NCBI GenBank assembly: GCA_973895155.1
Contig: OZ316894.1
Coordinates: 17,018,563 to 17,082,562, forward strand
Direction of reading: 5' to 3'
DNA from: Marsupella aquatica
Taxonomy: Eukaryota; Plantae; Marchantiophyta
Length of the DNA stretch: 64,000 bases
Positions 52,201-64,000 of this stretch are shown in pieces; position 1 is the stretch's first letter, and every line of letters begins with the position of its first letter. The notes under the pieces are model-generated. The model worked only from the letters and a program-made list of their open reading frames with translations, was not told the origin of the DNA and ran no database searches. A program made the translations under genes and the position numbers.

Positions 52201-53204
52201 CAGGGACACCTCAACTACTCCCCTGGAATCCAGCAACCAACAAGGAAAGCCACGAGCTAGGCGTCATGTCAAGCAATAATTCAGATTTTGGCTTCTTCCA
52301 ACAATCAAGAAATGGCTAAGATACATCTCCCGATCTGCTGCAGCTTTTACCAGGGAAATTTTTGGATTCCAAGTCAAATGGCGACCTCTACTAGCTTTGA
52401 GGTGTATCAAAAAAGCCTAAATCAATGCTGTCATCCTCAAGAGCATCCAAAGACAAATCCAACGCACCTATGCAATCCAAAAATGAGCAATCAAAGCTAA
52501 AGATACAGTTCCCGATCTCCATAGCCACAAACCTTCGATGTTTTCTTTCCTTGGATTCTTGCTCGACCCTTGCACTTCAGGCTCGACATTTTCTCCCCCT
52601 TGGACCTTTCTCCACCTCTTTACTGGTCAGTAGCAAGGCCCTCTAAGTTCCCCTCTAGGCTAGCTATTCAATTTAGCGGCACTGCCAAATTGGTCTAACC
52701 CCAAATTTCACTAATTCCTATACATGATTGATCTCCAAGCCACTACCACAGTTTGACTAATTACCAGAACTACTCCTGGCTATTCCCTTAACAATCTAAC
52801 ACCAAGAAAAATATTTGTCCCCAAGTCCTAAGTAGCTTTATCTATCCCGACACTTGTCTAAAACTTACATTTAGACTATCAAATGTCAATACTAATATGG
52901 CCCGGACAAAAAATCTTTCTTTTTCTCTCAACTAATCTTCATGTCACCTATTGCTAACTAAAAGTCAAGGGCATAGAGCTTAATTCCTATTTCTATTTAA
53001 CCATTTTCTCACTTCTACCATTTCATACTTGCTCCAAAACAACGTCTCAACTATACTAATTACTCTTGGTGAAGCCTAAAAATCCTCCAATATACATGTG
53101 GGCCACTTTCTGAGGGGCGCACAACCAAAAAAGGTGTGTCAGCAACAATAGTGACCTCAAGAAACACACAATTGAACAAGAGTGTTGTATAACCTGTGTT
53201 TTAC

Positions 53205-55530
53205 TAAGTAACGTGCCCCCTAAACTTTACAAAATTTGGGACCTGTCCCCCAAACTTTACAAAATTTGTAGAATGTACCCCAAACTTTATAAAATTGGTA
53301 ACCAACCCCCAAACTATTTTAATTGTCACCTTGACCCCATTTTGTACATTGGCTCAACTAAACTGCTAAAGTTAACCCGAGCTCCCTTGTGATTGGTCAG
53401 GTGCCATGTGGCAAGGCAAATGGTCTTGGTGAAAGCAATGCAACCACAACTACAACCCACACTCACCCATGCACTCAAAGACCTTTGCCTTGAGACTTCC
53501 CTGAGACATGCCTCAAGATTGAGTGTTGCACAATTCAAGGTGGTGCGCAGCCAAGCCGGTGAGTGTTGTATCATCAGGTCCTAAATAGAGCAACTTTCAA
53601 TAATGTTTTCTCTAGGGAAACTAGAGATTTAACATGATTGGCAATATTGATACATATTAATGCGTCATTATAGGGCTGATTACAAAGCTTACATCCCCGT
53701 TTAGGGATCGGGCAGGCGTCACTGGCAAACGGGCAGTGTGATCTGAGCCTCCCATGAGCGGCCCCACGTCCTGTCCCTATCATCCCCTTCCTCACCACGC
53801 GACCCTGCTACAGGGAAATGGGTTTAGTGTATGTGACCCGCCATCATCGCGTGTTGTACGTGTAGCCAGTATCAGTCAATTTCATTCACAACCTGGAGTA
53901 CTCAGTAGACGATTCACGACTATATGATTCCCTCAACAATGCCTAAGACTTTCCCGCTCATATCAATGCCCTATTGCACTTCAGTGCATACCTTGTCATT
54001 CTGCACTTTGACAGCTATCACGACCAAGCAAGTTGCATCGGAGGATTGTGTGCATCTCTAGCAAACCTTTGTATTGAATGTGGTGCATTTTCGTCTTGTA
54101 GTGTTGCTAGAGCCTTCGGAGCCTACACATCATCTCGCTTGGTATTTTTGCAGAGAAGATTTCAACGTGTCTAACATATTCTTGATTTTCATTCTCTAAT
54201 AATACTCAGGACCAAAGCAGCAACAATTTAATGTTGTTCTCTTGACTAAGGGGCCAGTTTTGTAAATTCTGTTCTCTAGCATTTGCGTCGTAGTGAATTC
54301 TGTTTGAAAATCAGCCCGCATATTTTCACCCTATATGAAATCCTTGCATTCCGAGATCCAAGCAGAGTCTGATTTTGACCCAAACTATTCAAGAGCACTG
54401 AAATCAAATTCCCCTAAAGGTGGATCCTGGATTTTTTCACAAGAAAATTTGTCATAGAAGTTCTTGCAGATACATGGGGTTTCCTGTGGCTTGATGTCAA
54501 CATACGAGAAATGACCATCCTCAATATGAAGACCCCGTAGCTGCTCCAGCACCAAATTGAGCGCATCTAGTATAACTCTGCCACCATCATCACGTGGACT
54601 TCATCCAACCCTTCATCTAATATGTTATTCCCCAAGTTTCCCATTTTGTTTTGTAAAAGTGGATATCCTATCTTGCCAAAAGGTAACAGACATTGGCGTG
54701 CCAAGACTATTGACAGCTCCAACTGTGGAGCTTCAAACCGTGGATTCATACACATGCCACCTTCATGGCCGTCATTTCCACTGACATTGCCCATTGCAAA
54801 TCCACATTCAAATCACCTTCACATAGGCACACACAAACATTGTATTGCATGCTCCATTTACAAAATGACATGACAGGGAATGAGAATGTGCAAGACACAT
54901 TCCCTCAATAGAATGTATCATGTGTCATAGTGACACCCCGTCAAAATTGTATACACATTTGAAATAGTATCCTACAATCCATACACATTGAAAGGGTATG
55001 TCGTCGACCTATGAACCCTGGAGGTGTTTGGAGCCCTGGAGGCCCCAACAGGGCCGTGTGGTGGGGAAGGGGATGACAGGGATGAGTGTCCCTATCACGA
55101 TAGGGACAGGGCGTGGGCTGCTCTCGGGAGGCTTGGCTCACGCCGCCCGTTTGCTAGTGACGCCTGCCCGATCCCTAAACGGGGCTGTAAGCCTTGTGAG
55201 GGTGTAATCAGCCCTGTAATGGCTGATTAATTGACATCAATATTGCTAATCGTGTTGAATAACTGGGGTGGGGGGGGGTGTTGGGATGAACAAGCCTAGG
55301 GTGAGGAAGCAGCTTGCGACTCACTCTCTCCTACCAATGGCTGCAATTAGGGAACGGTCAGCCTGGTTTAGGGGAATGTTGACCAGGATTCAGTGGGACC
55401 AATTGTGCCTTGCCACATGACAGTGGATCAATCATGGGGACCTTAGGTTAACTAAAACTATTGGGTCAACCCCATATACGAAATAGGGATCAAGGGGATT
55501 ATTAAAATAGTTTGGCGGAAATGTTACCAA
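53205..55530. mobile_element. Long-TIR (MULE/foldback-like) element with the right end truncated
   Basis: About 53296-53810 is inverted at about 55049-55530 (e.g. CCCCGTTTAGGGATCGGGCAGGCGTCACT / AGTGACGCCTGCCCGATCCCTAAACGGGG). ~31-bp subterminal repeats CCCCAAACTTTACAAAATTT occur at the left end only. No TSD found. Confidence 0.8.
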
Positions 55531-56534
55531 AAAATGAATGAATATTACAGTGTACTGGGGTGTCTCAAAAGTCAGGTTTAGCTGTCACTGTCCCCATGGG
55601 AAGATGTGCTAGTTTATTGGTAACTTTTCTAAAGGACTACCGTACAATTCCATGGGGGGTTAATTTTTTAATTAATTTTCAATAAATTTAAGGAAAAATC
55701 TTTGAAACCCTATAAAAAGGGAAGAGCCAGTCACAACATTTGAAACCAAGACCAATGAATCACTACTCAAGTGAACTAACTCATAACCATGCTTATTTGG
55801 GCCCTATTGTAATTTTAAGATGCCCTACTCATCTTAACGCTCAGACTTTGATGGACTTTAGCTCCATAGTCAATGGTTATGCACAAAAATTTATGGACTA
55901 CCAAATTCACAGTCCATAATTTGTTTCCCATGATGATGGTAGTATCCCATGACCATTACTCACTCTATAGGCTAGTGAAAAAAAAACCAAACAAAACTTT
56001 TATACAACCTTGTGAAAAAGTTAGGGCCCAAAATCATCATCCCTAGTGTAATTCCTGTCAGGAAGCAAGGTTACCGGTGTGTAACTTTTTCTACTAGGTG
56101 TCACCATTTCCATACTCCTCTGCCCAGAAAATGTTCCCTGTAATTTTTTTTCCGGACAGGTATTACATATGATAATGACAGCTTGGGTTGGGGTTACTAT
56201 CTGAAACCTGTTCCCACAAAGCTCAGAAAAAATTTCCCGTTGTCGCCAGTAAGTATTTATTCACTTTCTGGTTATGGTTTCACTTTCTGGTTATGGTCAG
56301 TCAGTATTTCTTCACTTTCTGGTCACAGGGTTACAAACCAGTAACCCAAGACCAAACCGTCATTACCCTATACTTAGAAGCTGGAGAGTTGAGATGCCCT
56401 ACCTACGGTAACGTAACTCTTGGGAGTTGGCTTGACTCATTCCGGTTAGGTGAACTCCTGGTGCAACCCTTGTTGTGGAATGACTCATCCCGGTTAGTTT
56501 AACTCCTACTGCGACCTTGTCGTGGAAACCTCGA

Positions 56535-57395
56535 AGGATGGAATATCGTAACCGAACCCTCGTCAGCTTTGGATACACGACACGAACCCAACAACCTGTT
56601 AGGCACAGCTTCGAATTCGTCGTGGAAAAGCTTCGTATGGTAGCATTGCTAGAGTAGTTGAAGGCACTACACCAGAAGTGCTCCCAGAGGAAGAATTGTT
56701 GTGAACTAGGGTAAAACATTGTGTTGTCGTAACGGATTCCTGGTCAGCTTGTGGCATGTACAAGACCCAGCAAGCTGTTAGGCGGAGCTTCGTCGTGGAA
56801 AGCTCGTATGGAGGCATTGCCAGATGTGTTGGATACACCAGAAGTGCTCCCAGAGAAAGAATTGTAATGAACTAGGGTAAAACATTGTGTTGTCGTAACG
56901 GATTCCTGGTCAGCTTTGTGGCAGTACAAGAACCAGCAAGCTGTTAGGCGGAGCTTCGTCGAGGAAAGCTCGTATGGAGGCATTGCCGGATGTGTTGGAT
57001 ACACCAGAAGTGCTCCCAGAGAAAGAATTGTAATGAACTAGGGTAAAACATCGTGTTGTCGTAACGGATTCCTCGTCAGCTTTGTGTATGCACAAGTTCC
57101 AGCAAGCTGTTAGGCGGAGCTTCAAATTCGTCGTGGAAAGCTCGTATGGTGGCATTGCCAGATGTGTTGGATACACCAGAAGTGCTCCCAGAGAAAGAAT
57201 TGTAATGAACTAGGGTAAAACAACGTGTTGTCGTAACGGATCGCTCGTCAGCTTTGTGTGTGTACCAGAACCAACAAGCTGTTAGGCAGAGCTTCTAATT
57301 GGTCGTGGAAAGGTCGTAGCATTGCAGGGTGTGTTGGATACACCAGTAGCGCTCCTAGAGACAGAATTGACATGGACTAGGGTAAAGTATTTTGT
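56535..57395. repeat. Tandem satellite, ~5 copies of 166-172 bp
   Basis: CCAGAAGTGCTCCCAGAG at about 56672, 56838, 57004, 57176 and 57343. The inner copies are nearly identical. Confidence 0.95.
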
Positions 57396-57985
57396 TGAGC
57401 TGGCACGTTGGAGCCTCCGGAGAGAAATGTGCGCAAAGGTCCTGTGCCGTGTGTAGACATGCAACACCTTTGACTGTGATGTAGGCCGGCATCAACCAGG
57501 TTGTTGTCAAGGAATGAGGACTCTATCACGATGCTTGCGAGGGTGATAGAGTTACTGTAGAAATTTATGTGGAAGATTGGTCTGGCATGTTGGAACTTCT
57601 CGGAGCCTGAGCGAGAAGTGTTGGAAGTAGGATTGGATAGTTTAGTGATTGATAATGATCTGAATTTTTAGTCTGGTAGATTGTGCTTCCTGAGCGTGGA
57701 TATCCAGCATTGTAAAATTAGTTTGGTGCGGTTTGGTTGGTGTGGCAAGCGAGGTTTGTTTCGCCAGAGATTTGTACAGATCAGTTGAGTTGTTCTTGAG
57801 ACGAGAATTGTGAAACAGGCAGGAAGCTCGAGTCGAGGATGGATGCTATGTTCTTTTCTGTTCTGTTCTGGATACACCAACCGGCACCTGGCGGGAGGTG
57901 ATAGCTTGAACTGCGTCGGCCATTTTAAAGCCTTGACAGGATTACTCAGGGACTCCACACCAAAAATTCCAGTATAATTCCCAAC

Positions 57986-60900
57986 ATGAGCGAAGATGAA
58001 GGTCCAGACACTGATTCGAGCGGCAGAGATTTCCGTAAGAGCGTCACGAGAACCCGAAGTAGACGACGTAAAGAAGCCAGAATATATTACAGCTCACGAA
58101 CAACAACAACAATGAGTCTTCAGGATCCAATGCCGGAGTACGTTGATCCCGAGCTTGTGAAGCTGATCGCTCAAAATGCGCCATTCGAATTGGACGTGTT
58201 TGTACGTTCCTTGGGGCACAAGAATATTTCGAAACGGCGGGAAGAAAACAAGGGTATACGCAAAAGAGAAGCTGTGCAAGAAGGTGAGCGGGGGCCACCA
58301 CTGCCGGTTGAAATACTTTTGTCTTCGGTGAGGGAGCGCAATGATCACTTGTCTGGACGTATTAAGCCCGGCCAAGACGTCAGGCACAGCTGTCCGGAGC
58401 GAATGTGCGACGACTATGACGAGAAAGATGAGGAATTTATTTGCAGAGCTAAGGCTATGAAGAGAAAGAGACCCAAGGGTTTAGACGGTGACCGACTACC
58501 TTCAACTGAAAGGCCATTTCCAATCGAAGTGAGCCATCGCAAGAGTGACTACAAAGGTAGAAATGAATTGCGAGGGTCCGACCCAGGAATTCGCGTTGCA
58601 TCTGGAGATTCAAGTGATGATGAGGGCTCTAATTCCCTGGAAGACGAGTGCCATTCCCGATTAAAGGCAGATGCGGCCCCGTATTCAGTTGCAGATCACT
58701 GTGATGTGCTGCAGGCAAAGCCCTGGAGACATGGTATGCGAAAGGGCACGCGCTCTGCTGCGAAGCATGAAAGGCCGCCGCCTCATTCAACTTGTTGCAA
58801 GAGGAAAGCTGAAGTATCAGACTCACGAAAGACCTACGAGGTAGAAGTGAGCAGTAGTGCATTGCACAATTTGCCAAGTCCATTTCGTGCCAGTTATTTA
58901 AAACAGTTGAAACTGGGATGGAAACCAAACAGTATTGTGCAATCCCCTTTTTGCAATCCACCGATATGTTCTATTCTTTGTAGAAACCATTGTTTGTCAA
59001 CAATTACCTCCAGGTGAGAAAGTACATGGAGACCAAGATGTTAGAACGAAGGAAGGAACAGCAGCAGCTGAAGGCCGAAGCAGATGCAGCTCTTGTTGCT
59101 CGCAAGGACCAGCAACGAAGGTTGGATTTGCATAGGCAAGCTACGTTTCAATCGTAAGATTCTTTCCCTTGCCTAAGCTGTGGTCTAGGAACAGCCACGA
59201 ATTCACTAACGGCTACTATATATTTAGAGAGGATAAGCTTAAAAAGGAGATCTGTGCTGCATGTCATACAAATTCACAGACAGCTAAGAGAACGCGCACG
59301 AATTCTAACACACAATCTATCTCAAGTGGTTCATCGGATAGACTGGAAGTAGAACCCTTAATCTTGAGACGGTCATTCTTTTGGCTTACCTTCCAATGGC
59401 CAAGCATAATTGGGGACTTCAGATGGCACGCTCTGTACGGCACCTCTCGTGGCAATATTCTAGGCGGGCGGGAAGGAGATCTCCGAACATTACAGATTTG
59501 AGAATTTTGAGGCACTTAATTTGAAACAAGCCTTCCTCAGCAATTTGCTGATAACTTCTCTTTTTTGACGAAGAAATTTTATCAACTAGTTACCTAGGGA
59601 GACTTGTTTTATACTCCAATAATATCCATGTCTAGCAGGTATGTTTTATGACGTGACCGAGACCATCGTTTTTCTGAGAGACGTAGACTGACTGAATTTC
59701 TTAGTTTACGATTGAATCTTTTAATCTCATATTTCCATCGATTGAAAAGAAATGCGTGGCGCGAATGAATGAAGAATAGGCAGACCACGGTGATAAATGC
59801 GCGTTAAAGTCTCCTTATCGTAGTTGATCTAGTGGTGGGATCATGATATCCCTAGATAGAGCTTATTTACGGAGATCTGATATTAAATACGCTCCAAGTT
59901 GAAGTGAGTCTGAGTCCAGATTTTTTCACATTAAAAGATATTCATCTCCGTTTGTTGCAAGCAGGCAAGTGAACGGTGGAAAAAGTCGAGAACATGCACC
60001 GAGACCAGCATGGGTGTCTGAGTATTCCAGTCTTTGCGAACCTCCTCGCCCGTGGTCAAGTTCATCTGGTGAACTCAACGCTTATCTGCCACCGCCTATG
60101 ACACCTCCAAGACTGGAACTAGTACCTCTCGATCTGTATACCACTCAATTACAGTATGCAGGACATTCCTCAACTCCCAGGATGGATGGAATCCAATTGC
60201 AGAATGCACGGCCAAGGGAGAAGCGCCGATCTAAAAAGATAAAAGGATGCAGTCGTGAGGTTCAAAGACAGCTTAAGTATAGAAAGTCCCAAATTTTGAA
60301 CGAATTTCCCCGCGTTGATGTGGAGCTCACCAAGGTAGCGAACTCGTCCGTCACGAGGAAGGCCAAGGGGAAAGCAAAGACGAGATCAAAAGGGAGAAAG
60401 TTGTTCTCTGAGGAAGTCTTTGAACTGCAACACCTCGGGCATGGTGAAGTGAATCTTCCGGTATTACACTGAACCTCTATGCATGCCCATGGTTGGATTG
60501 CCTGTAAATGCCTCTGGATAAAGTGCTGACAAGACTAACTCTCCGTGAAGTGAAAGATCTCACCGACGCACATAAGAGTTCAATAGTTGTCAAAATGAAT
60601 GTGACCTGGTTAACAATTACATGCAGCTGAGTGCTAAGAATATTCTTTATGCGTACATTTTGTGAACTGCCAGCAACGATCTGGAGATTTGGATGTGTAT
60701 AAGAGAAGCTTGCAGAGGCAATCCCACAGCAATGGTAGGAGTCTCTGCAAAGGATCTCGAACACAAAATTCTACATCAAGAGTTTCACCAAGAACACGTA
60801 CGAAATCCGCACGGCCACAGGACAGCTCTGTAATTAGTGGGACCAGGGATCATGGGCGTCCCTTGTCAACGGTGAAGCGACTCAAACCAACTGAGGGTTT

Positions 60901-62567
60901 TATTCCTTGCAAGAATAAAGATCTCACAGGAGAAGAGTTGGCAACACTGCTGAATGCAAACAGAATACCTTCGGATTGTGAGAGTGAGACGAATGCGAAA
61001 GTCAATGCCCAAGTAATTGCAGAGAAGATGATAATCGTAAGGAGTAGCCCACCATCTCCAGCAGCAAGTCAACATCAGGTGATGACTGAAGTGCGGAAGT
61101 GTGTTGCACATTCGTTGGTCAGTCCTCAGGAGAAGAATACAACGGATGAAGAACATGTTCTATGTAAGCGGTTTGGACCTTCAGTAGGGTGCTCACAAAA
61201 CCACTTGATTGATGAAAATATCCGACAGCAGGAAAACAAAGGTCAGATGCTGGACAATTCTCTCAAGCCCTCTAGGAGTAACGAGGTGCAACTACAGCAG
61301 GCCCTAGATTTCCAACAAGAAAAGGTTCCAGACTCCGAAGCACTGAGAGCGACGACTCGGAAGCAGACAACCTTGGCAATTCGGTGGCAAAGGATGCAAC
61401 TGCTGAAGAATCTTGCAGATCAGTTAGTGAAGCGGGTAAATGCAGCGTGTGCCAAGAAGCGCCAAATTGAACGCTCTGCCGTGGAGCAAATCAATTCTCC
61501 ATCTATGGATATTGATACGTCACATTCTGAACTTCTTGCTCCCGCTGAATCTGGCCACGAGGTTGACTCTGTGGAACCAAAGCCGAAATTGGATAATCAG
61601 CCAAAGGTAAGCGATGGTCTGTCTTCGACTCACCTGGAGGAGTCTATATTTGACGACAAGCAGTCTGGAGAGTCGGAGCATAAGTACTTTCATCACAATC
61701 AGCCCAAGCAAAACAACGTTCTCTATGGCACAGGCCTTACCGAACAAGAGCAAGCTGGCTGTGACACTCCTTCATTGCAACCCTTTGGGATGGAGCAAAA
61801 ACTCAAACAGAGCAACAGCAGCATCCTCAACAGGAGGGCGAGCATGTCGGAAGCCAATGACCACAACAAACCAGCAGGAGGGCCAGATCGTAATGAGGGG
61901 TATACGAGAATGGATTGGAATACTTCAGACAAGGGTATTAGTATAACTTGCAACGATCCCTTAGCCTGTTCCACCTTTGGCCCATCGTCTCTTTCAACTA
62001 GTTCAAACAGTCCTGTTATTTTGCCAACCAGTTCAAAGTATCACTCGGGGAGATTCAAACATGGCAAAAAAGGTTCAATTGAAGAAAAGACAGGATGCCG
62101 ACCAAAGAAATTAAATTGGATCTTTCCTGTAGAGAATGATACAAACAGCATCTTTAATGTATACACACAGCATTTGAAAAATAGAGAGAAACTGGCCACA
62201 GGCACCTTTCCTCATGTAGTCCAAAATGACTTGGAGAAAATGGAAATAGATACAGGGATTGCGGAACCCAATGTACAAGAGGACATGTTGACCATTGGAT
62301 CAAACCCTCTCTCTCAGAGGGTAACAATGTCAGAGCTTCCCGTAAAACCGCTAGAGCCCATGACTTTACAAACAGTTCAATCTACGGAGGGTAGTCATGA
62401 AAGCAGAATGCCTCCTGAGAGTGTTGTTGGCACAGGCTTGGATCCCCACAGGAAGCAACATTTGTCTTCCTCCAATTTTGAAAGTCTTCATAATATGGTA
62501 TCAAAAGATACGGATGCTGTTAGGCCCTCGGCTGAACTCAACAGTTTGAAGACGGATGCTGTGGCAG
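57986..62567 (+). CDS. 5' part of a large, mostly low-complexity multi-exon protein of unknown function; probable exons 57986-58840, 59014-59135, 59965-~60400, 60674-62567; probably continues downstream
   Basis: Same-strand long hydrophilic ORFs (343, 167, 640 aa) with phase-compatible splice sites: GAG|GTAG at 58840, CAG| at 59013, AG|GCAAG at 59135, CAG| at 59964, CAG| at 60673, CAG|GTAG at 62567. The exon-3 donor is unresolved. Confidence 0.65.
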
Positions 62568-64000
62568 GTAGCGCTTCACTGTGATTCAAGCTTTCTGTAT
62601 ATTGCTGATGTTCAAACAGCATCAGGTCCTGCCCTGTCACGCAGCATTCTGTCATTGTTTGTCCGAGTATTCAGGATAACGGACGATTTTACTTGAAGAG
62701 CCACTGGCCATGACAAAAATTTCACCATTTTTAGTAATTTTTCCTTAAATTGTAGAGCAAAGTCTCCAGGGTAGAGGAGAGGAATGTGAAAAAGGGAGGA
62801 GTCTTGGACACTTCTCCTTTTATACGGCCAGTGGTGGTTTATGGTGAATGATGAACAAGAAGTAATCCTCACACTAGTTTGACCCAAAATTTTGCGGCAA
62901 TGAGTCCTATATAGTGGGGTACTGAGGGGTGTGACTTGAATTGATATGAAGAAATCGAACTGAGTATAAGTAACCTCAAGTTGCTCTCTGTGTAGACGCA
63001 TAATTGCACGTTTTCATGAAACTCAGGCATTAACCCTGAAGTGACGATTTTAGAGATAGGAGATTTGAAGCTCTGCCAGTCATCGACATCTTTCCATCTG
63101 AGGTACTTAATTTGCTTTGGTTTCCTATTTACCAAAAGCAAGTCCTTCTCGTCATTTGTGCTTTAAGCGAACCCTCGGGCATAGAATGGGCCATGCAAAG
63201 CAGATATTTTGGTTCTACCTCTACTGAGCTAGATTAGGCTGCTGGGATTCTTAAACTTTTAAGGTTATTGTTGTACTTACTTTTGACGGCTTATATTCCA
63301 CTCATTTTTACGATCTACAGCGAGAGACCCAACCAGGCCAATACCAGATGTAACTCTTTCCATTATGTCTCAGCTTTGTCTACATGTTCATGCCTACAAT
63401 TACGACTGGACATTTCCGCAGACCCCTGATCAAACACAAGTCCAGCCTGGCAAAATGTTGTCAATCAACAAGCCTGAGCGTGAACATGAAATCATAGACG
63501 GGCCTTCTTTAGGACACACATTATTTCGATTTATGTGCAAATGTAGGCGGTGTACTCCCTGCTGCTCAAGTTTCTATCGAGTACCCAGTTCTAGTACATG
63601 AAATATGCTGAAGCCTCTTTACTACTAGATCTGCATATACTAAGGATAGCATCTGGAACACTAGTTGAGAAATGTGAACGGTTAAAAAAACGTCCAGAGT
63701 GGAAATGGAAGTAGCTGTAAATTGAGATCCAGAATAGTTAGAGTTACACTAGACTCTTTACCGTCCGATCACGCAAAAGTTGGTGGCTGATAATCCTAGA
63801 CACTCGTAAAGCGTTGTCATGCATAGGACAAACAGACATGCGTTCTCTGTTAGTCTGCGCGGGAGATTTACGAGAAGTCCAATGGGTCTTTAACTGGACG
63901 ACTGTGGATATGTCAGACTGGATAGAGGCAAGGACAACCGTGATGACACGAAACCCAAAGAACAAACGCTCGTGGATATCAGTCATCTGCCCAATGTGAG

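Noticed and set aside
56399-57467. Series of similar minus-strand ORFs (MYPTHLAMPPYELS...) as a peptide gene cluster
   Set aside because: They are a by-product of the 166-bp satellite: frames shift between units, starts are non-ATG, and there is no signal peptide.

Overview
Eukaryotic, intron-containing plant nuclear DNA, most likely a bryophyte such as a liverwort (inferred from gene and TE style only). Host genes: SKP1 (2 exons), a complete 14-exon LETM1/EF-hand gene on the minus strand, an intronless receptor-like cytoplasmic kinase facing an intronless 988-codon At5g58100-like gene, and the 5' part of a large low-complexity multi-exon gene with a short CEP350/CCDC187-like coiled-coil motif. 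About 15.5-40 kb is a nested TE island: a TSD-bounded Ty1/copia element containing a younger short-LTR element and a TIR MITE, then a 5'-truncated LINE, a Mutator-like element, a short retroposed insert and a foldback element. About 48.5-57.4 kb is a second repeat block. Local tandem arrays flank most genes. I found no CRISPR array, RNA gene or prokaryote-type system, and no clearly novel biological system. The best leads are a perfect 63-bp intronic hairpin, a young non-autonomous LTR element with a half-tRNA-Ile type PBS, two adjacent intronless genes, and the possible basal-body gene. All alignments were done by eye.
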